From positions 1,080,001-1,112,000 of the forward strand of contig NC_010655.1 in NCBI RefSeq assembly GCF_000020225.1: DNA of 32,000 nt. Reading direction: 5' to 3'. Shown in pieces: positions 9,172 through 18,102 of the stretch; within the stretch, counting starts at the first letter, position 1, and every line of letters begins with the position of its first letter. The DNA is from Akkermansia muciniphila ATCC BAA-835 (GTDB lineage Bacteria > Verrucomicrobiota > Verrucomicrobiia > Verrucomicrobiales > Akkermansiaceae). A model generated the notes under the pieces. The model was not told where the DNA came from. It saw only the letters and a program-made list of their open reading frames with translations, and did not search any database. A program made the position numbers and the translations under genes.

Positions 9172-9921
9172 TTATTCATTTTCACGGGAAAAGGTTACGC
9201 CCACCAGCGTATCTCTCCCGTCAATGGCATTCAGATAGTCGAATACTTCTCCGCAGGGTGTTTCATTCTCAATGAAGAAAATGAATGCTCTGCGCTGGTT
9301 GATATGTTCATTTGCCATATTGGCGAAAGCCTGAAGGTCGTTTTTCCGGGATGGACCGGATGGTTTTTTCTGGATACGCCAGTAAACAAGCTGGTAGTTC
9401 CCTCTTTCCGGGTAAGGGGACCGGATGAATTTCACGATGGGATAAACGGGTTTCCGGGAAGGTGTTTTGTTGAAAACAAGAAAGTCATCTTCACGGAAAG
9501 GATGTTCCAGAACGGCATCGTCGGGAAGGCAGGGAATGTCCGGGTTCATGTCTTTTTCAGATTCTGGATCAGATTCCGGGGCCATATCCGTGGAGACGGG
9601 AAGATCCCAGCAAATTCCATTTTCAAAGGCGGACGCGATGGCATCCCCTCTTTTCAAACGGAGATTATTCACGCCATGCGCATAAGCCTCCGATATGCCC
9701 TCAGCGATGCGGAACCAGGGAAGGGACGGATTGTCCAGATTGATGGTCAGGCATCTTTCACAGGCCGAATCCGTCTTCCATTCCTGTATGGGGCCGGGCA
9801 GTTCCGATGCGTTCACGATTATTTCTCCGGGCAGCAAGGCGCTTTCCTTTTTAGAGCATGCCCCGAAAAGGAAGCTGATGAAGAGAGGGAGGAAAACGGC
9901 AGGAAGACGAAGAAGAAGCAT
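9172..9921 (-). CDS. hypothetical lipoprotein
   Basis: It has a signal peptide with a lipobox (MLLLRLPAVFLPLFISFLFGAC). The antisense 273-aa frame has no such features. I recognise no family. Confidence 0.6.
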   Translation of the reverse strand: MLLLRLPAVFLPLFISFLFGACSKKESALLPGEIIVNASELPGPIQEWKTDSACERCLTINLDNPSLPWFRIAEGISEAYAHGVNNLRLKRGDAIASAFENGICWDLPVSTDMAPESDPESEKDMNPDIPCLPDDAVLEHPFREDDFLVFNKTPSRKPVYPIVKFIRSPYPERGNYQLVYWRIQKKPSGPSRKNDLQAFANMANEHINQRRAFIFFIENETPCGEVFDYLNAIDGRDTLVGVTFSRENE

Positions 9922-10067
9922 TTATTCATTCTTCTTATATAGTTTTTATTGCATGTCAAAAGAATAGAGAGTGCGGTACATGCCGGGAAAGATGGCGCTG
10001 TCTCCCGCTCCGGAATATGCCTTCTTTTTTGCGTGCAGGACGGCGCGGGCATGGTAGGGTACATGGT

Positions 10068-10625
10068 ATGAGCGTAATCACCAAGCGTGGAGACAGCGGA
10101 GAAACGGACCTGATGTTCGGCAGGCGTAGTCCCAAGACAGCGCCGCGCATTGAAGCTTACGGAACGGTGGATGAATTAAATTCCCTGATTGGCGTGGTGC
10201 GCCATTCCGGGGTAAGCTCCCGGACGGTGGAGATGCTGGACGGCGTCCAGGCTCGCCTGGTGGGTGCCATGGGGGAACTGGCCACGATGGAGGAGGATTT
10301 GCCCAAATATGACGCCAAGGGGTACGCCCGCATTAAGGCGGAGGATGTGGCTTGGCTGGAGGAACAGGCCCATTTGCTGGAAAAGGAATGCGACATCCGT
10401 TTCAAAGGCTGGGCCCGCCCGGGCAAGGAAGGATCGCTGGGATCCGCATATTTGGACCTGGCCCGTTCCGTCTGCCGCCGTGCGGAACGCCGTGTGGTGG
10501 CATTGAGGCTGGATCATGCCCTGAGCAACGTGAACACGGCCCTGTTCCTGAACCGCCTTTCCGATCTCTGCTGGGTGCTGGCCCGTTTTGAGGCGCTGGC
10601 CGCAGGGGAAAAGATCCAGGCCTGA
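10068..10625 (+). CDS. ATP:cob(I)alamin adenosyltransferase, PduO type
   Basis: The N-terminus ITKRGDSGETDL....R..K...RIEAYGTVDELNS.IG is characteristic of the PduO/MMAB family. The ATG at 10068 is preferred over the track start at 10017. Confidence 0.88.
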   Translation: MSVITKRGDSGETDLMFGRRSPKTAPRIEAYGTVDELNSLIGVVRHSGVSSRTVEMLDGVQARLVGAMGELATMEEDLPKYDAKGYARIKAEDVAWLEEQAHLLEKECDIRFKGWARPGKEGSLGSAYLDLARSVCRRAERRVVALRLDHALSNVNTALFLNRLSDLCWVLARFEALAAGEKIQA

Positions 10626-10785
10626 GCAGGCCGTTTCCGCCCGTCCTCCTGTTCCGGCATGTTGCGTATCTGCGCGATTCCCGTGTCGGGAGAATCTCGT
10701 GAAAGAATGGTTTTGCCGCAGATCCATGTCCGGGTGGCAATTCCCCGGAATAGTTCTCCGTTGTTTCCTGGGGACGGCTTTCCGG

Positions 10786-11124
10786 TTAGTCCAGCGGCAG
10801 GATGGAAGTAACCAGCATTTTGAATCGTTCCCGGGCAATGACGGAATGAGGTACTCCGGCGGGAATCAGGAGGCTCTTTCCTTGGGGCAGATTAACTTCT
10901 TCATTGCCTACGGTGAAGTAGGCCGTCCCGTCCAGAATCTGTATCAGCGCAGGACCGGGCGTCTGGTGGGTAGGGAGGAGTTGCTCGCTGTCAAAGGCCA
11001 GAATGGTCATGTTGACTCCTTTGGAGCGTACAAGGGCCAGACTGGTGATTTGCCCTTCGCGGTAATCAGTCAGGTCGGCGTAATTAAAGGGAGTGCGTTC
11101 GGGGATGTGCTGAATGGCTGTCAT
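10786..11124 (-). CDS. cupin-domain protein
   Basis: It is 112 aa with a cupin-like two-motif beta-barrel pattern (PTHQTPGPALIQILDGTAYF...LLIPAGVPHSV). Confidence 0.7.
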   Translation of the reverse strand: MTAIQHIPERTPFNYADLTDYREGQITSLALVRSKGVNMTILAFDSEQLLPTHQTPGPALIQILDGTAYFTVGNEEVNLPQGKSLLIPAGVPHSVIARERFKMLVTSILPLD

Positions 11125-11175
11125 GTAAATTGGACACCCTTGTTGGCCCTTCCCGTTTCTTCATGACAGGCTTCC

Positions 11176-11212
11176 GGGAAAAAGGTCCGCTCCAGACCCG
11201 GGAGCGGACCTT
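11176..11212 (-). terminator. strong intrinsic terminator on the minus strand, about 220 nt downstream of rnr
   Basis: The minus strand reads AAGGTCCGCTCC-CGGGTCT-GGAGCGGACCTTTTTCCC, a 12-bp perfect stem with a 7-nt loop and a run of five T. Confidence 0.75.
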
Positions 11213-11429
11213 GGCATTCAGCATTCATATGGTGCTTACTTACGGAGTCAGCGTCCTGAATTCATAGGCGTGAGGTCGGATTCACAAGTAAACAACGGTC
11301 ATTCTATACATGAAAAATACAATTTACTTCAAGAAAAATTGTGTAGGAAAATGTAGATTTGATTCTGTTGCAGGGAGAATCGGATTTGATTTCCGGATGG
11401 GATTGTTTCCATATACGGGCGTATTGCCG

Positions 11430-13700
11430 TCAGCGGTTCCGCCGCCCGCGGCCGGATATGCCCTTCTCCTGTTTGGTGGGGAAGGCCGTTTTTCCCGTTT
11501 GCCGCGGTTTCTCCCGTGAGACGATGGCGAAATCCGCCCACTGCTGCTCCCTGTCCACTTTCACGGGAATGACGGGAACGCGCAGCCCTGCGCACAGCAC
11601 GGAACCGTGGTCGTTTTTCCAGCGGCTGGCAAACGCCTCATACACCCAGCGGCCGCCGGGAAGCTTGTCCGGTTTGACCAGCCCCTTAATCTGGAGACGC
11701 GGGATTTCCAGCAAAACGCCGAAGTGGCGCGTTTCCGTAACCAGAGCTTCGTGCACTTCCGGATGATCCGCGTAGCACTGGCCTTCCAGCCATTCGAAGA
11801 GCTTCATCCGGTTCGCGTCCTTTTCCGCGCTGGCGGAAATGCGTTCCGTTTCTGAAATGTGTTCCGCGTCTTCCTCCAGCCTGCCTGTACTGCCTGCTCC
11901 TTTAGCTCCTTTGGGAGGGTTGGCCAGCAGGGGATTCAGGGAGCGGTGTACCACCAGATCCGCGTAACGGCGGATGGGGCTGGTGAAGTGGCAGTAATTG
12001 GGGGTGGCCAGGCCGTAGTGGCCCAGGGGCTCCGTGTCGTACCTGGCCCTCATCAAGCTTTTCAGGAGCGCCAGCTTAAGCAATTGCTCGTCCGGGGAAC
12101 CCTTGATGGATTTCATCAGTTCATTCAGGTACTGGCGTTGGTCGATATCGTGCACGGGATGCCCGTACAGTCTGCACAACTGGCCGAATTCAAAAAGTTT
12201 GGCGGAATCCGGTTCTTCGTGGACACGGTAGATGGTGGGACGGTTCCCGTTTTTCAGGGCCAGGGCCACGGCTTCGTTGGCGGCCAGCATGCACTCTTCA
12301 ATGAGCTGATGGCTTTCATCGTACTCTTCCGTGATGATGCCCGTCACGCGGCCGTCCTTGTCCATAACGGCTCTCACTTCCGGGAAGTCCAGATCCAGGG
12401 CTCCCTTGGCGTAGCGGTTGCGGCGCAGAATGGAGGCCAGATTCCAGGCTTCCCGCACCGTGGAGGGAACTTCCCCTTTGTCGTTTCCTTTCAGCATGGC
12501 GAAGGCCTCCTGGTAGGTCAGGCGCGCCTTGCTGCGGATGAAAGCGTCAGCAAAGCGGGCACGGAGCATCTTCCCCTTTTTATCAAATTTCATTTCGCAT
12601 ACTTTTGTCAGGCGCACGACATCCGGCCGCAGGCTGCACAAATCGTCGGAAAGGCGGTGCGGGAGCATCGGAAGAACGCGGTCCGGCAGGTAGGTAGAGT
12701 TGCCGCGGCGCAGGGCTTCCCCATCCAGCGAGCCGCCGGGCTTGACGAAATGGGAGACGTCCGCAATGTGAACGGCCAGCGTCCAGCCGGACGGAGTGGC
12801 CGTGATGGAAATGGCGTCGTCAAAATCCCTGGCGCTTGCCGGGTCAATGGTGATGACGGTACGGTCCGTCCAGTCTTCCCGGCGGGCGAGTTCCCCGGGG
12901 GAAGGTGTTTGAGGCAGCGTTTCCAGCTCCCGGAGCACGGAGGCGGGGAATTCCACGGAAAGGCCATATTTTCTGATAACGGCTTCCATGTCCACGTGAG
13001 GCTCGTCCGGATAGCCGAGCACCTCCACGATTTTCCCGCGCGGGGCTTTCTTTTCCTCACCGCAGGTTATGGGCTCCACGGAAACCAGTTGGCCGGGAAG
13101 CACCTCCATGGCGGGTTTTTCCGCCAGTTCAATGGATGACGGAGAGCTTACGCCGTCCCCCAGCACGCGGCCCGGCTTGTTTTTTCCGGTGCGGAAGACG
13201 CCAAGCCATCGGGAGCGCGCGCGTTCCGTCACTTCCTCCACGCGGGCTTTCATGTCGGCATCCGGGGAAGAAAAGCGATTTCTGCGGATATTCCTCCGTC
13301 CCCTGGCTGCCTTGCGTTCCACGCGCACGGCCACTCGGTCCCCGTCCAGGGCGGTGCCCAGATGGTTGGGTTTAAGTTCCAGTTCCGGAACGGCTTCCGT
13401 GTCCCATCCCAGAGCCGCAGCGGCGGGATCCCCTTTTCTGGGGAGAAAAAGAATCTTGCCGGAGCGCAGGATGCGGATCATGCCATGCACCAGGTTCCGG
13501 CGCTCCCGTTTTAAAGCGTACCTGCCCTTTTGCAGCCGCACGAGTTTTCCTTCCTCCTCCATCTGGTCCACCAGGGCGCGGAAATCCAGCTTCTGCCGGG
13601 AATCCACGTTCAGGGCGCGAGCCAGTTCAGATTTGCTCTGAGGTTCGTAATGTCCGTCTTCCATGTGACGGATCAGGCGGTCTTTAAGGGAATTATTCAT
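11430..13700 (-). CDS. rnr: ribonuclease R (RNB family 3'-5' exoribonuclease)
   Basis: It has an N-terminal winged-helix region, an RNB catalytic core (ITIDPASARDFDDAISI, HIADVSHFV, STYLPDRVLPMLP, FTSPIRRYADLVVHR), an S1-like region and a basic tail. The ATG at 13700 (MNNSLKDRLIRHMEDG) is preferred. The track ORF extends to 13856. Confidence 0.93.
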   Translation of the reverse strand: MNNSLKDRLIRHMEDGHYEPQSKSELARALNVDSRQKLDFRALVDQMEEEGKLVRLQKGRYALKRERRNLVHGMIRILRSGKILFLPRKGDPAAAALGWDTEAVPELELKPNHLGTALDGDRVAVRVERKAARGRRNIRRNRFSSPDADMKARVEEVTERARSRWLGVFRTGKNKPGRVLGDGVSSPSSIELAEKPAMEVLPGQLVSVEPITCGEEKKAPRGKIVEVLGYPDEPHVDMEAVIRKYGLSVEFPASVLRELETLPQTPSPGELARREDWTDRTVITIDPASARDFDDAISITATPSGWTLAVHIADVSHFVKPGGSLDGEALRRGNSTYLPDRVLPMLPHRLSDDLCSLRPDVVRLTKVCEMKFDKKGKMLRARFADAFIRSKARLTYQEAFAMLKGNDKGEVPSTVREAWNLASILRRNRYAKGALDLDFPEVRAVMDKDGRVTGIITEEYDESHQLIEECMLAANEAVALALKNGNRPTIYRVHEEPDSAKLFEFGQLCRLYGHPVHDIDQRQYLNELMKSIKGSPDEQLLKLALLKSLMRARYDTEPLGHYGLATPNYCHFTSPIRRYADLVVHRSLNPLLANPPKGAKGAGSTGRLEEDAEHISETERISASAEKDANRMKLFEWLEGQCYADHPEVHEALVTETRHFGVLLEIPRLQIKGLVKPDKLPGGRWVYEAFASRWKNDHGSVLCAGLRVPVIPVKVDREQQWADFAIVSREKPRQTGKTAFPTKQEKGISGRGRRNR

Positions 13701-13986
13701 TTTACGGAAGTTCCGGGAAAAGGAGTTTCCCATTCCCATGGATGCCATCATAAGAAGGTTTTCGCGCCGCTTCAAGGCGCGGGCGGTGCATGCCGCGTTC
13801 GTCAGCGGCTTTTGGCCTGCTGGCGCACCTGCCGTTTTTACGGACTTTATCCGCAAGCCGGGCTTTGATTTTTCAGCGTATAACGTATTTGGGCTGAAAA
13901 CCCCGTGCTGTTTATAAGGAAGGGGCTGCCGTTGGTTTCTTCAACCTGTGGCTGGAGAAATAAAAAATGTCAAATGGAATTCCAAA

Positions 13987-14265
13987 ATGAAGAACAAAAC
14001 CAGCAAGGCTTTTCAACGGACGCTGCTGGCTTTGACCGGCAAGGAAAAAACTTTCGTTAAAATGATGCGAAGCTGCCGACGGTTTCTCATCATGTGGAAT
14101 GATGGGAAATATATGATGCAGGCCCATGAATTTGTGCAGGACCGTTTAAGAGACATTACCAGCGACGCGGTGAAAAAGGGGGTGGCCGGCATGGAGAGAG
14201 AAATGGGTATCCTTTTAAAGAGTGATAAGATATTGAGAATGTATGATCAAAGCCCCGGAATCTGA
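13987..14265 (+). CDS. hypothetical small protein (92 aa), orphan
   Basis: This is an open frame in a visibly AT-richer spacer between two minus-strand genes. It is lysine/arginine-rich with no hydrophobic helix. The ATG at 13987 overlaps, as ATGA, the stop of a 7-codon mini-ORF (13967-13990) that has a GGAGA box at 13953-13957. I recognise no family. Confidence 0.35.
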   Translation: MKNKTSKAFQRTLLALTGKEKTFVKMMRSCRRFLIMWNDGKYMMQAHEFVQDRLRDITSDAVKKGVAGMEREMGILLKSDKILRMYDQSPGI

Positions 14266-14294
14266 ACGGAGATTAACCGTTGTTCAGGTGGAGA

Positions 14295-16814
14295 TTATCC
14301 CGGCCGGAGCGTCCCCTCCGTAGTGCCGAGCTGTTCTGCGACGTCCAATTCCCGGATAAGCCGGGCCGCAGTGCAGGAACCGTCCAGCAGCTCCCGGTAG
14401 CGGGACACCAGAAGGCGCACTTTTTCCGGGGGATCATCCAGCAGTTCCAGCCGGAAACGGGAAAGGCCCAGACGGCGGAAGTCCTGGAGGAAGCCGGCTC
14501 CCGTCTGGGCGCGTCCGTTGAACAGCGTGTTCCGGCACCCGGCGTCCGCCAGCAGGGGATGAAGCTGTCCTACGCGGTCACGCAGCTGCACATGATGCCG
14601 TTCGCAGGGGCGGCCGCAGTTCTTATAACTGGTGCCGTTCGACAGGAAGGTGCAGAACACGCAATGCTCCATATGAAACATGGGCATGTGCTGGTGCAGC
14701 GTCAGTTCAAACCATTCCGGCGGCGCGGCGCGGAGCAGGTCCGCCACCTGTTCCGCGTTCAGGTCGTAAGAGATGGTGAGATGGGCCAGATTCCCCTGTT
14801 TCTTCAGGATAGCCGCGCTGTATGGATTGGCGACGTTCAGGGAAAAATCTCCGATGCGATGCAGGAGGGACTGGCGGAAATATTGCGCCGCACCCAGGTT
14901 GCGAATAAGGATGCCGTCAGGTTCCGCCCGTTCCATAAGTTTGAAGTATCCGACTTCCGAGGGTTTCTGGATGCGGGGCGTCGCCAGGAAGACGGGAATG
15001 CTTTTTCCGTGTTCCCGGACGGTTTTTATGCCTTCCGCATAGTCCCGGAGGTCTTCAAAGTCCAGATAAACGGCATTCGCTCCGGCATCCAGCGCGGCGG
15101 GTATTTGCTCCGTTTTGCGGCACAGAACAGACAAATGGGGAGGCATGTCCGGAACGGCTGTTCCCTTCGGCAGCGGAGGAAGGGTGAAGGAGGCCGGAGG
15201 ATGAGAGGGAACGGAGGATTCTTTTGCCTCCCGGGCCGTTTGAATTCGTTCCACCAGGGCACGCCTTGTCTGGTTGAGGATGCTGAGCGGAAGCATCAGG
15301 CCCTCCGGCAGAGGGCAGTCGCAGGAGGCCAGGCGGAATCCCGTTCCCCCCAGCCTGCCGAGCTGTTGTTTCAGCACTTCGGGAGTCAGAGGGCGTTTTT
15401 CTGCCGTCTGAAGGGGCTGGGGAGATTGCACGGAACATCCGTATTCCGGACAGGCAATCGTCAGGGGGTTCCCGACGGACCCGGCACATGTCAGATGGAG
15501 GGGAATGGTGGATTCCTGCAAGTGTTCCCGCATTTTTTTCAACTCCGCGTTCAGGGCCGGATCATCCGTTTTCCAGAGTTTTTGCCCGGGTTTAACCCTG
15601 CTCCAGTCAATACGGGATGCCTTTCCGTGGAAGAAAAGGCGGTTTCTCTGCACTTTCCAGATACGTCCGCCCTGTTCTTCATTGCGGTCTTCCCCTGCAT
15701 CAATGACGAAGCCGTCCCCGGGCGCGAGCGGAATGCCCCCTTCCGGCCTGATATCCAGCCAGCCCTGACCGCTGTTCATAATGACGCCTGCGTAGGCGCC
15801 CCTCTTTTTACCGTAGCGGCCGTGGGTCAGACGCGGGTGGTCCGTCCCGTCCAGCCAGCCGGTGGAGAAGCCGCGTGAAAATACCATTTGCAGTGCATAA
15901 CGGTCGCGTGCGGTCACCATTTCATCCACAAGTATTCCAGCGCAGGCGGCGTCCAGAGCTTTTCTATAGGCCGCCGTTACCGCCGCAACGTATTCCGGGC
16001 TTTTCAGACGTCCCTCTATCTTGTAGCTTTTCACGCCCATGCGGACCAGGTCCGGGATGCGGTCAAGGGCGCACAGGTCCTGCGGGCTGAGCAGGTAGCG
16101 CCGTTCTCCCAGAGGAACGGTTTTGCCGTCTACAACCAGGGAGTAGGGCAGGCGGCAGGCCTGCGCGCATTCTCCCCTGTTGGCGCTGCGCTGTCCCAGG
16201 CTTTCCGATGTAAGGCACTGGCCGGAATAGGCCACGCAGAGCGCTCCGTGTACAAATACTTCCAGGGGAATGTCCGTATGCCGTACACATTGCCCGATTT
16301 CCTTCAGGCTCAGTTCCCGGGCCAGGACGGCCTGCTTCAGGTCCAGGAATCCGGAGGCGAATTCCAACCCGTCCGGGGAGGAAAGTGTCATCTGGGTGGA
16401 GGCGTGCAGTTCCAGCTTCATGCCGGGAACCTGCCTTCCCCATTCCGTCAGGCAGTGGGCAAGACCGATGTCCTGCACGATGACCCCGTCCGCGCCGGCG
16501 GCATTCAGGTGGCCCAGGTAGGAGAGGGCGTCCGCCAGTTCGGAGGTAAAAATGAGCGTATTCATGGTCACGTACCCCTTCACGCCGTGTGCGTGAAGGA
16601 AACGCATCAGTTCCGGAAGGGAATCCAGCGTGAAGTTGTCTGCGCGCAGACGGGCGTTGAAACGGTCCAGGCCGAAATAAATGGCGTCTGCGCCATTGGC
16701 TACGGCGGCGCGGGCGCAGTCCATGTCCCCGGCGGGGGCCAGCAGTTCGGGGCGCAGGTCTCCGGGCCGGAGGGCGGAAAGGGTTATGTCGTCGGAAATC
16801 ACGGGGAAAAGCAA
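14295..16814 (-). CDS. peptidase U32-family protein with two U32 modules (839 aa)
   Basis: The N-terminus reads PELLAPAGD......A...GADAIYFG. The U32 signature is EVFVHGALCVAYSGQCLTS, followed by RGECAQACR. A second module near the C-terminus carries its own four cysteines (HMEHCVFCTF....KNCGRPCERH). The track start is a TTG, and a GTG at 16802 is an alternative. The start is 15 nt after the folC stop. Confidence 0.85.
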   Translation of the reverse strand: MLFPVISDDITLSALRPGDLRPELLAPAGDMDCARAAVANGADAIYFGLDRFNARLRADNFTLDSLPELMRFLHAHGVKGYVTMNTLIFTSELADALSYLGHLNAAGADGVIVQDIGLAHCLTEWGRQVPGMKLELHASTQMTLSSPDGLEFASGFLDLKQAVLARELSLKEIGQCVRHTDIPLEVFVHGALCVAYSGQCLTSESLGQRSANRGECAQACRLPYSLVVDGKTVPLGERRYLLSPQDLCALDRIPDLVRMGVKSYKIEGRLKSPEYVAAVTAAYRKALDAACAGILVDEMVTARDRYALQMVFSRGFSTGWLDGTDHPRLTHGRYGKKRGAYAGVIMNSGQGWLDIRPEGGIPLAPGDGFVIDAGEDRNEEQGGRIWKVQRNRLFFHGKASRIDWSRVKPGQKLWKTDDPALNAELKKMREHLQESTIPLHLTCAGSVGNPLTIACPEYGCSVQSPQPLQTAEKRPLTPEVLKQQLGRLGGTGFRLASCDCPLPEGLMLPLSILNQTRRALVERIQTAREAKESSVPSHPPASFTLPPLPKGTAVPDMPPHLSVLCRKTEQIPAALDAGANAVYLDFEDLRDYAEGIKTVREHGKSIPVFLATPRIQKPSEVGYFKLMERAEPDGILIRNLGAAQYFRQSLLHRIGDFSLNVANPYSAAILKKQGNLAHLTISYDLNAEQVADLLRAAPPEWFELTLHQHMPMFHMEHCVFCTFLSNGTSYKNCGRPCERHHVQLRDRVGQLHPLLADAGCRNTLFNGRAQTGAGFLQDFRRLGLSRFRLELLDDPPEKVRLLVSRYRELLDGSCTAARLIRELDVAEQLGTTEGTLRPG

Positions 16815-16829
16815 AAAGGACGGTAGGGG

Positions 16830-18044
16830 TTATTGGGCGGTGCTGCGTTTTTCCGCATGGCGGAGCAGAGCTTTCAAATCTCCCAGAAGGAACAGGGAAC
16901 CTGCCGCCAGGACCGGGAGCGGGGAGGCCAGTGCCGCCTGCAGACCATCGGGAAGCGAGGAATGGATGAAAACGGGGCCGGTTTCCTGTTCGCCCAGCAG
17001 GGCAGCCATTTCTTCCGCCGGCATGATGCGGGGGGAAGTGCAGGGAACCAGATGCCATTCTCCGGTAATTTCCCGCAAAACCGGAATCATTTCCCGGATG
17101 TGCTTGTCTGCGGATGCGGCAAAAACCAGTGCCGCCTTCCGTCCCGGGAATTCCTCTTTCCACGTGGACGCGAGCACGCGCGCCGCATGTTCGTTATGAG
17201 CGCCGTCCAACACCAGGGGGGGCGTCTCAAGGCGTTCGAACCGTCCGGGCCACTGTACCTTGGCCAGGACTGCGGCGGCTTCGGATGGGGAGGGGAGGGA
17301 ATGGAGCCGCCTCATGGTTTCCAGCGCCAGGGCTGCGTTTTCCCGCTGATGGGCTCCTGGCAGGGATGGGATGGGCGTTTTCCGGTCCGCCCGGGCAATC
17401 GTGAGGGGAGAACGGCGGTTTTGCGCCGTCCGTTCGATGACGGCCATGACACCCGGGTGCTGCACGGCAGTTACGGACGGTTTTCCGGGGGCGATGATGG
17501 CCGCTTTTTCCGCAGCGATCTCTTCCAGGGTATCTCCCAGATACTGCTGGTGGTCCAGGCCGATGGGGGCCAGTACGGCGATATCCTTGGGCACGGCGTT
17601 AGTGGCGTCCAGCCTTCCGCCCAGCCCTGTTTCCAGAATGATGAAGTTCACGCTGTTTTTCCGGAAGTGGCGCAGGGCGACGGCCAGAGCCAGCTCGAAA
17701 AAGGTGGGCGGCTGTTCCCAGCCTTCCGCCAGCTGTTTCAGGAAGGAAATTTCTTCTGCCAGGGCATCCGGAGTGATCATGTCCCCATTGACGCGGATGC
17801 GTTCAGAAAAATCTACCAGATGGGGGGAAGTGAACAGGCCCGTGACATAACCCTGCGCCCTGGCCAGGGCCTCAATCATGGCGCAGGTGGAGCCTTTCCC
17901 ATTGGTGCCGGCCACGTGGACCACGGTGGCGTTTATCCGGTCCGCCCCGGCTGCCGCCAGCAGCTTCCTGGTATTATCAAGCCCCAGCTTGATCCCGAAA
18001 AATTGGGTGGAAAAGAGCCAGTCAAGGGCGGCGGATACATTCAT
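16830..18044 (-). CDS. folC: bifunctional folylpolyglutamate synthase / dihydrofolate synthase
   Basis: It has the Mur-ligase P-loop HVAGTNGKGST and matches FolC in length and organisation. The ATG at 18044 (MNVSAALDWLF) is preferred. The 66-aa upstream extension in the track is proline/glycine-rich and overlaps the SRP RNA. Confidence 0.9.
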   Translation of the reverse strand: MNVSAALDWLFSTQFFGIKLGLDNTRKLLAAAGADRINATVVHVAGTNGKGSTCAMIEALARAQGYVTGLFTSPHLVDFSERIRVNGDMITPDALAEEISFLKQLAEGWEQPPTFFELALAVALRHFRKNSVNFIILETGLGGRLDATNAVPKDIAVLAPIGLDHQQYLGDTLEEIAAEKAAIIAPGKPSVTAVQHPGVMAVIERTAQNRRSPLTIARADRKTPIPSLPGAHQRENAALALETMRRLHSLPSPSEAAAVLAKVQWPGRFERLETPPLVLDGAHNEHAARVLASTWKEEFPGRKAALVFAASADKHIREMIPVLREITGEWHLVPCTSPRIMPAEEMAALLGEQETGPVFIHSSLPDGLQAALASPLPVLAAGSLFLLGDLKALLRHAEKRSTAQ

Positions 18045-18102
18045 GGGCGGTATTTTACCACGGGAAAACTCCCGTTCAACTCCGGTATGGCGTGGGGACT
18101 GT

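Noticed and set aside
9121-9942. A 273-aa plus-strand ORF opposite the lipoprotein gene at 9172-9921.
   Set aside because: The minus-strand frame has a canonical signal peptide and lipobox at its start. The plus-strand frame has no features, and its start lies inside the MFS upstream region.
9922-10067. A possible cobalamin riboswitch upstream of the PduO-type adenosyltransferase.
   Set aside because: The spacer is only about 145 nt and is shared with a divergent gene. I could find neither a B12-box-like element nor the conserved multi-stem layout.
11121-11228. A 35-codon minus-strand ORF (MNAECQGPLPGLERTFFPEACHEETGRANKGVQFT) whose TGA overlaps the cupin ATG as ATGA. It was considered as a possible leader peptide.
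   Set aside because: It has no Shine-Dalgarno-like sequence. The frame runs straight through the terminator hairpin, and its length and composition are compatible with chance.
13701-13856. A 52-residue N-terminal extension of RNase R in the ORF track.
   Set aside because: The recognisable RNase R N-terminal domain starts at MNNSLKDRLIRHMEDG (ATG at 13700). The upstream part has no similarity to RNase R that I can see. An upstream start cannot be strictly excluded.
14280-15878. Long ORFs antisense to, or out of frame with, confident genes. Examples are 14280-15878 (+), 11859-13139 (+), 15888-16826 (+), 16063-17163 (-), 16833-18104 (+), 18231-19262 (+), 19453-20649 (-), 21590-22567 (+), 25724-26758 (-), 29091-29882 (-), 30910-31896 (-), 7824-8762 (+), 6015-6854 (+) and 3948-4745 (-).
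   Set aside because: All of them overlap genes with strong family signatures on the other strand or frame. Their products are rich in R, G, P, A and H with no recognisable motifs, which is the usual shadow-ORF pattern in GC-rich DNA.
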